Under the pieces are notes generated by a model. That model was not told the DNA's origin. It was given only the letters and a program-made list of their open reading frames with translations, and did no database searches. The position numbers were made by a program, and so were the translations under genes. DNA of 64,000 nucleotides from Phoronis australis (lineage: Eukaryota; Animalia; Phoronida). Within the stretch, counting starts at the first letter, position 1, and each line of letters begins with the position of its first letter. Positions 34,701 to 49,700 of this stretch are shown here, piece by piece. The stretch is taken from the NCBI GenBank assembly GCA_002633005.1, contig NMRA01000108.1:761855-825854 (forward strand), in the 5' to 3' direction.

Positions 34701-37700
34701 AGAATTTTTGTCAGCGATGGGTAAAAGGGCAGGTTTGTATGATCATTTGCTCTGGACTGTTTTTATTATTAAATTTATTTTTAGGTCAAAGAGTATCCTG
34801 TGTAATTTGACGCAATGCCAGGTGCTCTGGTTCATCTCTGGTTTATGTGAGATGATCTGCTTCCAAACAGGGCAATTCCTGTAGGGTTTGAGCTGAATTT
34901 GCATGCAAGCTGTTAAACAGAATGTCCCAATCAGTGTGGTTTTGCTAGAACAACTGCCATGATGGTCCTTTAGGTAGATGGGTGTGAAATAAGAAGTTAA
35001 GGCCAAAAGAAGCCCTCACTGAGTAAACAGAAATGCCTGCCTGCCCTGATCAGTTTCAGCCAAGGTCTTGTGTTTTTTATTGAAAGCTGATCAAGGGCAC
35101 TTAAGCAAGGATTGAACAACTTTTGAAATGCCATGATTAGCCAAGTGAAGAGTAAACCCCCCCCGCATCATTTTTACTCGTCTCTGTAGATTTTCTTTGA
35201 AAAAGTGAGCAACTAAAGAAATACTATTCTGCCAATTCAGTTTTCAAAAAAAAGAAAAAAAACACGGACCAGAACCAAATACTAGAATGCTTTTTTGGCT
35301 TAAGGTATAAATGCCATTATAGAGGGCTTGGAATTTTCCTCTTTTAAGAGGGTTTCCTGTTTTTTGGTTTCGATTTCTACTTACTTGATTTCCAGTTTCC
35401 TCATTTTTGTCTATTTTTTGTCATTTTTTTACTTTATTCATGAAAAATACATTGACTTCAATTAAATTTTACAACGCAAAAACGTTATTTTTATCATGCA
35501 AGCCTATTTATTTGCGGAACGCAACATCACCCGGAAAATTTCCTCTTTTTTGTAATTGGTCATTCCAAGCTCTGATTATAGAGTTATACTTATCACAAAA
35601 GGATACCTAAGACACTGACTTTCCCTCATAGCATATGATCAATTCATTTTGTCTGCATTGTATTGCCAATGGGAAAGAAACACATGTCTCTTCAGGGAGG
35701 TATGTACAGACTGCATCTGGTAGCACTGTAGTGGGTAATGATTCCTTGGACTGTTATTGATTGCACAGTTGGAAACTATGTCCCTTCTTCTGAAGTTGTC
35801 TGGATAATGAATTTGGGACATGGTGACCAATTGGACAGGCCTCATCGGAACTGCAGTTCTTGGAACGTTGTTTTGGAATTGAACAGTACCTATTGTTAAG
35901 TCCTTGGTGCTGTTCAAATTTCATTACATTGCATTGATTGCATTACTGAGTGATGGATCATTGAGCTGTCTATTAAATCCCTTCACACTCTATGACTGTT
36001 CATTAACCATAATTTCAATAAATGTAAGGCAGTAAGAACTGAAGATTGCGGGTGTTGAACTGTCTGTGTTGGTAAAGCACTGATAGCGAGCGGGTCTGGG
36101 GAAGACCACTTACATCTGAAGTGTTATCTGAGAGTTAAGCACTAGTGGTCTGCCTACTCCAATTTTTGAATATGATGATTTCAAATCGAGTTATATGAAA
36201 CTTGGAAGTGTGTAGACGGCGGTGCAAGTCGATACGACTTCTCCCAAGCTGATTAAAAATCAGAACAAAATTGGTCCATTTAAATTGACAAGTCATGCAT
36301 GACGTATTTTTAGATCGAGAAATCAAGTCAGGATACCTGTCTCCAAATTTGTAACTACCGTAGTCATTCCTGTTTGGTTGCTATTCCAGACAGCAGCAGT
36401 TTCCAAATCAAGGCTGAATACAGACTTCTATACCAATCCAATCCATTGCTAAATGTTCCTGTGATCTTTTGTCTGACAACATGTCTCACGCTAATTTTCT
36501 ACTAAAATGCCGTCCACCCACAGACGTACCCTAGAACAAGTTACTCCCACTTGTGATAACTTACTCCACAACATCAACTAGCAGTGACTTGTCCTAGGGT
36601 AACTTGCGCCACTTTTAATTCCTGTGTAGCTGCAAACCTGTGGCAAAGCAGAAGTTATTATCAGCAGGGGTCACATACAGACAGGTTTTCTTTTGCGTGC
36701 CGTACTCGCATTAGGTTTCATTGTCACGCACACAGTGACAAGTTCTGCCTTACCCTAGTTATCAGATGTGGCGGGGGGGTGGGGTAATTTGCATCTGTGG
36801 TAGTTGATCTAGGGTTGTCCGTGTGTTCAAAGAGTAACTTGAGTGCCCTTTACACTTACAAAGTTGACACGGATCAGCTGACAGGGAACAAGTTGTTCCA
36901 GTGTGTAAACGGACTAACACGGAGCAAATTGACTCCGCGGTGACAAATTTTGCCAATGACCTGTTTGTGAGTTAGAGCAATTTGCTCCCAAACATCTTGC
37001 TCCGTGTCAATTATATGATTGTCTAAATGCGAAACTGGGGCAAGGCGGAAAGGATCATCTCTACTGCGCTTGCCTAATGACCTACGTATGGGTTCGTTGT
37101 CTATGCAACTCTGCGCATGTGGGATCCAGTCTCTCCAGCCTGCAATTTCCGTCTTGTCACAGTTAGTGAGTTGTGTATGTTGATAGTCGCTTGACACGGG
37201 TCAATCTGCTCTGTGTCAGTTGCGCGGGGCCAAAAGTTGATGTCTAAACAGGACTTAAAACCAAATTGATGTACTTTCATTAAAGGGCACTAGAGAAACG
37301 AAACTTAATGCATCTAAATTTTACATGTTTGTTCGAGTAAAAGTTATGTAACTTTTCGTGAGGAATTCAATTTCGGAAGCCAAACAGATTGAAAAATCAC
37401 CATTTTTTTTCCACGCCATATGTCGGAGGTTATGTACGACCCTAAAAGAATGTCGCTAATGCTGTAATTACTCTGATATACACATAAGGACCTATTAAAC
37501 AGGCTTCTAGACAACAGTGGTTCTTGTATATATTGACTTAATACAAGGTGCTGTGAAATCTGTCTAGAGTTTCTAATGGACAGTCAATAATTAAGTGTTA
37601 TACCACTAATGATGGTGTGTTGACTTTTGCGTTTTCAATTTTACTGCAATAATATTAAACATTGATCTGTTTGGATATGGGTCATGCTGTTTGAACAGTA

Positions 37701-40700
37701 GACATTACATAATGGCATTGTTGGATGATAACACAACTGGGTCAGCCATTGATAGTCATGGAAATGAAAGTGCTTCATTTCCCTGCAATGTTTTTAAGGT
37801 CTGCTATAAACCCACATCAACCAACTTTTGATTCAGAGCAAATTGTTCTGTTCTCGGGAGCTGGAGAAGTGGTTCGTGAGTTTATTAAAGTAAAATAATT
37901 GCAGGCGGTCTTGTACACGTTGTACCAGACGTGCGCAGGCCACACATGTGAGGCCATTGTACTAATCACCTGGAACAATCTTTGTGCTTTATTAATATGT
38001 GTTAAAACTGAGCTGAGGAGCTAGAAACCTGACTCGAGGGTCTAGCAGTGTGGCCCAGTGGGACTCGAACCCACGACCTCGAGTAAAGAAGGCGGGCACC
38101 CATCACATTAGGCCACACTGGCTCCTCGTGGGTTTGGAAAGACCTGCGATAATTCGTTATTGCTTGCGACCATCATGTCTGGTGCATATGGCTCATTGTG
38201 ACAAGCAACTTGCGTTCTTTTCCAAGCCTTGGAGAAATTACCTCATACCAAGATGAACGAGTTGAGATCATTCTCGTAATGGAAATCAATTTAAACATGC
38301 ATTTCCTACTCACCATTGCTCATAAACCTTATTAGATTTGCAAGTGAAATATGCGACTGTTCATAGAAAGTCTTTGCAAAAACTCACGCATATATTTTTA
38401 CACTAATATTGTCAAGAGACATTAGAATTACAGCAAAAGCAAAGCCCATTTGGATGGAAATCAATTGTCTTAAGATTGATTTATGTGGTTAAGATCCCCT
38501 TTTTGTAAATAAAAGAACACATGTTGTGTTTGTAACTAGCTTTCAATCTCTCAGTACTTTGCTAGCTAGCTTGTTACATATTGGATGATTGAATACTCTC
38601 AAAAGAAATGTTATAGCGATAGATTCTGGGCACAAGTCCTTGCCTTACTGATGCTATCTTAGTGTTCTAACTACTTGTGTTCATACATGGTGCAGCACCA
38701 TGTTTCGAATGTTTTGCACCATGTTCGAAAATTTTGAGCCATGTTTGAAAATCCCCGAGTAATATTTAAAATCTTTAGCCATGTTTGAAAAGCAGGAGAC
38801 ATATGATTGAAATAGTGTTGCATAGTAGTACTTATTTTTATTATTTAGTAGCGAAAATGACAGTGACATGCCAGTCATGTGACATGCGCAGCAATAGAAA
38901 ATAATATATAACTACGGTACGGTAATTGTTGTTTTTGATGAACTAACAGGTAGGAAATTAGGTTATAAAAACCTGATGCGAAATCTGCACCACGGTTAAA
39001 ATTTTGCCGAGGGAGAACCCTGTATTTTCCTTTTGTATTCCCTGTGTTACTGACCCTCGGTGGCAGGAACTGGAGTAATCAAGTCACTTATACACCAATC
39101 AATACGCTGGTCTTTAATGATGCATGGATGTACAAGCAGATTCATTAAGGGTACTTGATGGCGTTGTGGTTAACTATGTAAAATATCAAGTTCAACACAC
39201 AAGGTTCTGTGTTGATTCTGCTGTAATTAGTGTTCCTCTGGCTAGTGAGGATTAGTACTCTGGCGCAGACAGTTATACACTGGTCACAAATTGGCTACCG
39301 TAATCAATTTATGGCAGGGACTGAGCATGCTGTGACATGAATTTCACTTAAAAGCAGGTGAAAATGACCCCTTCACGGTGGACAGATTGTCTCAGTGGCT
39401 GAAACGCAAATTGCATTGCATATTAGCAGCAAATTTGTGATAAAAAGGTTAGCCATGGTAGACCCAAAATCATAAATTTGAGGCTGAAAACGTAATAAAC
39501 AATACCTAGTAATATACATGCCTTCAACTAATTTGTAGTATTGGTTTGACTTTTGGAATAAAAAGCTAGTGATTACTAGTCATAAAGGATTTGCGTTTTT
39601 CATACCTTGATTAAAAGATTAGTACATAGACATTGACATGTGAACACTGTTGAAATACTACTTACCAGGAAAGTTGAGGGTTATCTGTGGGTTAATTGTG
39701 TTCTGTATTCCTAATACGTTATACATGCACTTGTGAGAAAAATTTGCTTACGGAATGGAAATCGTGATTTCTATCCCATAATTCAACTCTCCAAAATGAC
39801 CAATCAATCAATTCAGTGGTTGCCATATTGCAAGGTCCTGCAAGGAAGGTTCAAAACATTCACTTTCACTCATGAGATTTTGTTTGGTCTTGTGTGATCC
39901 CTTTTGTCGCCAGAAACTTAGTTTTCGGAACACATTCTGGATTTCCCGTTTGAGGATGAAGGGGAATAGCCCCCCCCCAATCTTTGACAGTATTATGTTA
40001 TTTTTCACTAGAATAAAAATTGAGTTTGTAGATGACTATGTGTTGTTAATTCCAAAAAGAACATTAATGTTCAGTATTGTTTCACCGCTATCACTGAAGT
40101 AAAATTCAAAAATATCTTCACAGAAGGTTCTGGTATAGTTAAAATGTACAAATAAGTGCACCAAAGTTTCTGGGGCTTTATTACAAAATGTACAAGAAGA
40201 AGAATCCGAGACGCCTATTTTATAAAGACATGAATTTGTACATAAAGTAATATTCTGTGAACTAGTTGATACTGGAGCCATTTCATTTTAACATCTAGAT
40301 AAAAATTAAAAATATTTAAGTACACTGTTTTCCAACACACAGTTCATTCATTACTCATCTCAGAAATCCATTTTTATTTTGATTCTTTGCAAACTTGCAA
40401 TCGATTTCTTTATCTACATTTTGGAACATTAATTTCTATTGCAGAAAATGCTGAAAGAAACGGAAGAATACAGCTTTTTTGTGTCTGTGGTTAATATCCT
40501 TAGAAAAATAGAACCCAGACACAATGCCCTGCCAGACATGGCATGGTAATCACTCTCTCAATGCATGTTTCTATTGCTTTATTGCAGAAAATTGCCAAAA
40601 GAGCTCAAGAGCTCTACGACAGCCTTGCTGCTCAAGGTCAAGTAGTAAATGTTAAATCTCTTAAGGAGCTTCCAGAGGCTATCTATAAGGACTCTGACAT

Positions 40701-43700
40701 CCCTAGTAAACTGCACAACATGGAGATGAGCCCGTGAGTATCTTTATTTACCTTGGCAGAGATGGTTGGAATAGCAAACCTGGTGTAATTGGTTCCTGTT
40801 TGGTAAACATGGCATGATGTTGTGCAAGGCCATGTGCTGATAGTCACTTACAGGGATTCCCCCCCCCCGGTTTTGAGAACCAGTTTCCTCCACTGAATAT
40901 CAGGAATCAAGCTGGTTCTCCAAGTCGGGGGGGGGGGGGGGGGGGGNGGGGGGGGGGGGGGTGCTGCAAGTAGTGATTAGTGCTAGATGTGAAAGCATTC
41001 TGTTAGGGCACAGTTTGCTCAAAGCATGTATGTGTTCCTGCTCAACAGTTATCTGCAGTATTTGACTTGTGTGTTCGTTTCTGATAGCAAGATTTTGAAC
41101 AAATTAATTCATTTTATACAAAATTAAAAATCAATAATTTTAACTCAAACGGTCATTATTTATTCAAAGATCATTCACATTACAGTACTCAGGCACAGGT
41201 GGCTGAAATGGAAAATTCATTAATTGGGGCTTTTAATTTTTTTAAGAAGTCGGGGGAGTGTGTTTACCCGAATGGTCAGTTGGCTCACGCAAATGTCTGC
41301 ACCATTTTTTCAATACTAGTGGGATGATATGGGAATGCTGATGAGCCAAAACATTTTATCATTAGGCACCACATCACATTTCTTACCAGTTGGGATTACA
41401 GTAAACACTTATCGCAGCCACTGCTTTGGACGTATATGACTTGGGAACACAGATAAGTGTCAGTGATAACAGCTACCTGTTCCTGAAAACATTCTTTTCC
41501 ACCAATTTTAGACATTGCAGACTGTAAAAGTAAATAATTATTGAAAATTAAACTTTTTCTGTTTATTTGAATGCCAAAAATCAGTTAACTACAACACAAG
41601 AAAAGAGAAGCACCTGACTGTTGTTCCGTTGTTATGTCGTAACCTCTATTGTGCAACTTAACTTATGTACACTACCATTTATCAGAGTAATCTTGATGCC
41701 TCCCCCCCAAAATGCAGTGCAATTTGAATGGGGGACCCCTGTAATGTGTTTCCTTCAGTATAAGGTGGGTATACCTTGTTGATTGGTGCTAAGCCGAGCA
41801 TGGGCATTTAAAGTGATGGCAGGAGTTTGGCTTTGACTAGAGCGAGAACTCAAGTATCTCACACTGTCGATTTTCTCTCGAGCTTTGTCTTCCATGTCCA
41901 ACATTTTTTATCCACATTCTGACTTTACATGACATATGGATTTACAAAAACTCCTAAACTTTTGAAACATCTACAACTGATTCACTCGGTGGAGTGGGTG
42001 GGTTGACAAGCCATAGGGCTTTGGATTGTGGGAAAACGTGCACGAGATTTGATCTGATTGTCAAGACGCACATAACTTAAGCTGGCGTGCATGTAACAGC
42101 CAGAAAAAAGCATTGATTTTCACTTGAAACCAGGAATTATTTGTGTCTTATTAAACTTTTTTGAAATCCTGATATTTTTTACTGCATGCCTGGTCAGTAT
42201 TTTTTATTAATTTAAAATAGAGATAAATGTTACGTTTAAAAGTCAAAATGCAGTTTTCATTATTCCTTTTTGCACATTGCCCAGGTATGCTATCTTTGTT
42301 TAATCCATAGTACCCAGCTAATTGCTGTTGCAGCTACTTCAAACAGGAAGTTAGTTTTAATTACTCAACTGTGAAGATCTCGGATGAAGTTCCGCGCGAC
42401 CACAACGACACAATCACAGCAGTTAACTTCACCTTTGGCTTGGAAGACGTCTTCAGAGACAACTACCTCAAAGATAAATATCTCAGGTTGGGCATGTGGA
42501 AACAATATGTTAATGTATGCAAAGTACAGTCGTGCCTTCAACCAAGTTTGTGTCAATGTAGGGCTGCTGCCAGCTATACTGAAATCAATGTCTGTGTACT
42601 CCTTATGTAGTTACTGGTTATAAATTTAATACAACACAGATGTCTGATAATATTATGACCCAGTAAAATCCGAGTCTTTTAAACCTTGGAAGCTATGCAA
42701 ATCTAGTTATAAGCTTGCCATCAGTTAACGATTGCACGACTTATGTGTTAGTTGCCACCCGTATACAGGTCAACGCCCTCGTTGAAAAATGTAAATTCTA
42801 AATCTTAGCATTGGAAGTAACTATTATGCAGTGATTTTGCATTCCAAATTACTGTGACACTTTAGACTCTAACTCAGGTAATTCTATCTTTGTACTCAGT
42901 AAGTCATAATTATCTCAACTTAGGCTTTGAATCTAAAGCTTATCGCAACGCTTCAGCTCATTTATCAATAAATAGCTTTAAAACTGAGTTTTCCTCTTAT
43001 AGAGCATCAGTTGTACAGCGTTCTGTTCTAATGTAGCGTGTTTATCCAGCTCATGTTCTGTTCACCAACGCGACTTGTGTGTTTTACCTCATTTTCAATA
43101 TTCCTCATCGAATTATTATTTCTTCAAACTTGTTCATTTGGACACTGACAGTAGTTTTCCTAAAAGTTGACACAATTGACTTAATTTCATGTGGCTTTGC
43201 CGAAGTTGTAGCGAAAACCCTGCAGGAAATCGTATGAAAAATAACACAAAGTTCTTTGAAAATTAGCTTGAAATTTATACTATTTGTGATGAGCAGAAGT
43301 TTTTCTTGAAAACTACTGTATACAAAGTTATTTTTTATTTTGCTCACAGGATTGAATAGGATTTAGTGTAAACATAGTTACCTTGACCGTTTGCATTAGA
43401 CTGCGATCTTTTTTCCCACACCAGGTGGCAGTACTTTGGGTCAATGGCTGGGGTAACACGCCTCTTCCCTGGGAGAGAGTGGTCAACAAACTTTGCTGGG
43501 TTCTACAACGATTATGATCCGCGTGTGAGGCCATGGTATATCGCTGCGACTAGCGGGCCAAAAGATGTCATAGTAGTGCTGGATTGTAGGTCGGTATAAA
43601 TACTGCTATTCACTGCGTTGAGTTAGCACTGACTGATCTTTGTCTGTGATTATCTTTTTGGAGCATTTGAATATAGGCTACCTTTGGCTAGATAATACCT

Positions 43701-46700
43701 GGGAATTATTCAAACCTCCCCACCAAGCATGTGCACTTTGTTTTTTTTGTAAAATTTTTTGACTTTAAATTTATGGGCATATTTGTACGTTGAAGGGTTT
43801 CCTATTGTGACCCACATCAGTTGCTGTCAGACTAAAGCGGGTTTATCAACACTATTTTCTGTGGCTCCTACGGTTTCCGAAAGTAATCCGATATTTACTT
43901 TTGACATACTTGAAGGTAAAAAATGCATCAGTTTTTAAATACGTGCCTTGGGAGTTTGTTGGATATTCCCTTTGCTAGAAGATTTTTCTCCGTGTCTTAT
44001 CTTGAAACAGAATACCAGTATGGTCTTCAGTCCCCATGGTGTTTGCTGTCAAGTATAATATTTAACAGAGTTGATCATCTAAGCTGCAATAACCTATTTT
44101 TTTAAATAACATTTGATTTAGACCAGACATCCTTATAAAACTTTTCTCAACCAAATTCCCTTCTCTGCATAGAAGAAATTTTTGGGCTGTGGAATACCTG
44201 GTTTTTGCTTCAGACTAGAGTCTCAAAGCAAGAATAAATTGACAGATCTTAACAGTAACTGGCCTAAATAACATTTTTAATTTCCGTTTATCTAAGGCAG
44301 ATTTGTAGAAGCGTTAAACATGTATATTCTTTTTTATGTGCATGAGAATAGATTCTCATTTTCCAAAACAATGTATAAATTACTTGAACACAGTTCACAT
44401 GAACAATGTGTGATTACTTGAACATAGCTCACACAAACAATGTATGTTTATTAATTACTTGAACATAGCTTATACAAAGGACTCGTCACCAAAAGTCGAC
44501 TTGGTAACAAAATTTATTGATAACTACTTAATTTTTGGCTATTAAAAACACAATCAGATAGTTTGGAATTTTGGTACATCTACTAAAATATATGAATTTT
44601 GTTCCAAGCATCCATTTTCCATGATAACGAAAAACCAGTGAGAATTTCTACCTTAGCCAGCAGTACTATAGTCAGACTCATTAGCCACTGTACTATATTC
44701 TACTGTTTTACAGTTTGTCAATGAAACATAATGGCAAATTCAGCATCGTCCAGGCTGTGGCCAAGAATGTGATCAACACTCTAACTAAGCAGGACTATGT
44801 CAACGTAATCTGTGCCCGGGCCAGTCACTGGGACCAGGTAGGCTTTATAGGTGCACCTATTAACTTAGGAGCTGGGTCTATGGTTGAAGAAATTTGGTGA
44901 TGATTTTGTCGAGAACCAGTCACCAAAAAAAAATGTAAATAAATGGAAAAGCTTTTCTAATTTCTGTGACTTCATAGTTCATAGTTCACGGTTGTGCCAA
45001 CAAGCTCCTTTATTGTTTGTTCAGTTTCATTTTGCTGCATTGTCAAGTCAGTCTCTACTGGCGAGCTGGGTGAAATTTTACACCACCAGTTCTTTATACA
45101 TATTTCAAGGAAGCACTTGATATTTTTACTGTAAATTAATGGCGAAGAGCTGAAATCGTTACTTTTGGACAAAATTTTTTTGAATATTTTTTCTAGGTAA
45201 AATATTATTGTAAAATGCCTGGGAGATGGCATTGAAGTCCAAATTTTACCAATAAATTAAACTCCCAAGACATAGTGCCAGGCGTAAACTGTTGATAACT
45301 ATTTTGTCTTCATGTGGGCTAAATAATAACATTCAGTGGCTAGAATTATGTTTTTATCTGCTGCTTATTCTGGGATTTGACCTGTCGTAAATGCTTGCTA
45401 ATGCCTTGTCTTCAGGTTGGCAAGTGGCACTTCTACTCTACAGAGGTGTTGAGTTGTCAGCAGGATCACATGGTACAGGCGACCAATGCACACCGCAAGG
45501 ACTTGATAGAGAAGGTGTATCGGCTGGAGCCAGGGGGCACCAGTGAGCTGGAGTGAGTACATGGGGGTGGACAGAGGGTGGGGGTGAAGTGGTGGGAAAC
45601 TTACCTTAGAAAAGGCAAGTAGGCTGAAGCCAGGGGCACTAGTGAGCTAGAATGGGTACTTGTGCAAGGATGAAGGGTTGGGAGATTTGATGGTGAACTG
45701 GTTTGAGTATATGTGGATAGATGTAGAGTTGGGAGAATAGAGAAGGTATATAGGCTGGGTCTTGGGGGGCATTAGTGAGCTGGAGTTAGTACATGTGGAG
45801 GGATGGAGAGGTGGGATATCAGACAGAGACATTAGGTAGGCTGAAGACATAGTGGGAGGGAGGAAGAAGGGAGATTGGAGGGACGGGGAGCCAGGTGGAA
45901 TGGGTGGACTGGTATAGTCTCCAGAGCAGTTACCTTGTGAGTGGGTTGTTGATCCGTCTACCCTTGCTAAGAATCTGGTTTTGATCTGTATTGAGTTGAA
46001 GTTTTCCCTTTGCCATTAACCCCTCTCTCTGCCACGAGAGGCCTACCTCACAGTCAGTGTTGATAGTGAGGTGGATAGGATCTTTAGAGGAATGTTTGTC
46101 CATAGCATTCGTGAATAATCCGTGCAGACGCACCATACCTTGCGCACGGCAATATTGATAAGATCTAGCCTGTCTGTGAGCATTGCCGGTAAACAGCGCA
46201 TCAACAACTTAGCATTGTTTCAGGAAGGGGTTTGAAGTGGCACTGGACCTATTCAAGAGCAAGCCCCACACTGGTTGTCAGTCTATCCTGGTGTTTGTCA
46301 CCGACGGCAAGGATACGGATGGAGAAGAGGTGCGCTGCGGCCCTGGCTACTACACGCGTAGTGGGTACGTGCCTGGCCCGGTGTGCAGGTACAACTGGAC
46401 TAAGGTGTGGGACACAGTCAGGGCCAAGAACATGTACTCCAAGGTGAGTTGGAGTTACTGTGGCCAAGCAATAGTAGACGTGCTCATTACAGAACTGGTG
46501 TTATCCCCCATGAAGTGATCGAGTGGGTTAGTTTGGGAATTTGTGAGTTTTGCCAAGAACTCGTAATATAAGACCAAAAACGTGGTTGTGGTCAGTTATT
46601 TTTTTGAAAGTCGATTTGGTGTGTTTTTTAGTTGCTTGTTGTTTCAGAAACAAAATTCACATGAGACGGGCAAAAATGATGCGTGATTTTTTTGTTAGCC

Positions 46701-49700
46701 GCTTGGCAAATCCTGGCATTTCAAACCTTGGTTACGTGCCTTTGTGCAGCTTTTCAAAAAAAACCGAGATCTTGGCTGGAGTTGATGCAGAGAAGCATTT
46801 TTACAGTTGGTGAACACAGGTTTCAAAATGACGTGGGGTACAGACCAAATTCATCTATGGCTGGCCTAACTCTAGCAATAACAAGAACACACGGGTCTAA
46901 TTGACATAGCCGGCACTAACAGAGGACTGTGAACAAATAGGTGCAGGTTGATTAGTAGGTTATTTACAGCTCACTGCACCCAAGCTGTGATTTTATAATG
47001 TGTCAGTTCGTTATCGGTAGCATCACCCTAATGTACCCTTCTTTGTCATCCAGGCGAGAATCTTCAGTTACCTGACGAAAGACGAGGGAGAAAGCCTACC
47101 TGGCAAACTGGCCTGTGACCACCGTGGCAGTATGACGAAACTGACCAGTGGTGAAAACCTGATCTCAGAGATGAGCGACTATTTTGGCTTCCTATCCACA
47201 AACTCCATGAACACAGTGGGATTGTGGACCTCACCCTACCTCGACTCCTGGGGACTGGGTCTGATGGTCACACATGCTGTACCTGTTGTCAGCAATGTGA
47301 CTGGGAAGTACGTACGACAGTGCTGTTTTCTTTTGGTGTTTTATTTGGTTTATCGCTTCACATATTTTGTTATTCTCCTGTTGTTGAATGAGACTTTGTT
47401 TTTTTTGTGAGCAAGTATTAAGTACATGGTCTATAAACATACCTAAAAATGTAATTTTGGTCAATTTCAATGGTTTTTGTTTTTTGAGTATTAGTTGTAA
47501 ATTGCAAATTCTGAAACTTTTCTTCCTACATCAGAAGTAAAATTGTTTTAAGTAACTAGGATTAATTTACTTTGATTTTGAAACTTAGCTCTATAAAATT
47601 TTGTTGTTCTTGTTAGAACGATAGGGGTCGCCGCTGTCGATGCTACACTTGACGAGATCGAGAACCTGCTTACGCGGCATCAGTGGGGATCTGTCTACTC
47701 ATTTCTCATAAACAAGCAAGGGGAGACAATCTACCACCCCAGCCTAAAACCAAGCGCCAATGTAAGTATAGGCTCAGTGTAACACTGTGGATGTGCTCGC
47801 CTCTGTCAGTTTGTTGTGTGTAGACTTATTTTAGAAAATGTCTGCCACAAATTTTCCTGGATAATTTTTAAGTGATCTCGTCTGTTTTTCTGCTGAATTT
47901 TTTAATGTTCTAACTCTCCCACAAAGTTGTAACTGTTGTAGACATTCCCTTCAGCTGACCAACTTGGTAGTCTTATCTATAGAGTGTTTATTGAATTTTG
48001 CTCCCATCTAATAATTTTATGTGTTTTTATAATGCGCCATGCAGGGATTTAAATTTGATTGCTGAGAACCGGTTTAATGTCTGTTAATCAGTGGAGAAAA
48101 CTGGTTCTCGAAATGCGGTACCCCTGTACGTGACTATTACCAAAAAACTGTTCTTCGTAAGTTGATGAGGAAGTATTTGGCGAACGTTGAAGCGATACAA
48201 ATCCATAGAATTTAGTCACGTCCTTGAAATGTTAATTTATGTTAATGGTTTCAGCTGCTTGAAGACCCCATCTTTATACCTATCAATCAGCTAGAGCAGA
48301 ACTCCAAGGGGGAGCCACCTGAGTTCACTGAGGTGCGAGAGGCTATGATGAGAGGCGAGATGGGATCAAAATATATCCCTAAGGCCCGCAAAGGCATCTC
48401 TTTGGTAAGTCACGTGTGTAATAAGTGGGGTTTCATTGAGACGGCTCAAATCAACGCTGTTGGAAAAGTACATGGGGCACAGTGGATCTAGGATACAGGG
48501 CTTGGAATTTTCCGCGGAAACGCGGATTTCCGCTGTTTTCAAATGTTCTTTCCGCGTATTTTATTATATTTCCGCGTAAAAAAAATCGGATTTGATATAA
48601 AATTTCCGCGGCCAATGTCTTTCTTACTGCCGCGTTGCCGACGACTTTCACCTCGAAAAGCGGAAGTTGCTCTTTATGTTTCGGAGGAACGTAAATTGTT
48701 AACATTGCCGGGGCATTTGGGATAGCATGGTGGATTTCCTTAATTCCGGCATGGCGGCTTGTGCGACTGTAAACCGCGGTGACAAATACTACGACTCTGT
48801 AGCCAAAAAATGTTTGGAGGTGGGAGTGGCAGACGAGCTAAGACAGACGCAGACGCACGCTTCCGGAGGTGGTACCGTTTTTTTTTTTTTTAGTCCTCGA
48901 TTTTGGTCGGCAAAAGGTCCACACCGACTTTTTCAAGGCTGGCTGCACGCATGTTTCGGGCCGTAAAAATTTCCGCGTTGTTCGCCATTGGTCATTCCAA
49001 GCCCTGAGGATAGCTGAAGGGGAACTGGCCGCAATGTCTGAACGGCAGCTGTTTGCTTTAGTCCTAAAACGGCATGTCTTTGCGGTGTTTTGATTGTGCT
49101 TGAAAATGGCTTGGGACCTCCCAAATCTGTTAGATAGATATTTTTTGAAAATTAAAAAGCAATTTATTGTAAAAGATGACAAAATTAGTAATTAATGAAA
49201 CATTTAATGCATACCATTTATAGGACATTAAAAATCAATTAAATATTTACTTAATAACGTAATTGTACTTTACGCGCTGTTGTTTTATAAAGTTGCTCTC
49301 TTCCAAATGTACAGATATCAAAGCACTTCTTTTTAATTTCATTTCATTTTGTGCGTTAATTGAGCGCGTCACAGAAAGGTCATCAAAAGAACTACAAATG
49401 TCAATAAAGCAACACATTCTCCCAGGTAAACAACAGGAGAATTACTTACAAGATTTTCAGAATAGAAAAAACATACTCTCTTGCAATTGCTTGTTATCCA
49501 ATGAATATACTGCTAACCTGACAACTCTTTGTTTGATGGTGTCTTTTGAGTTGAGTACTATTGTTCCTTAGGCTCCCAAAAACAGGACCAACTCTGTAAG
49601 TCTTCTAGTAGAGTTTGTGTTATACACCTGACAAGCAATTTTGTTTTCTTCATGCGAGGATGGTCATCTTATAGAGAAGACCTAGCTGAAGCCGAAGAAC

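Noticed and set aside
38051-38125. Functional tRNA-Arg gene
   Set aside because: Acceptor and anticodon stems do not pair; treated as a SINE head
40927-40961. Poly-G tract as a G-quadruplex element
   Set aside because: Contains an n; length is unreliable and may be a sequencing artefact
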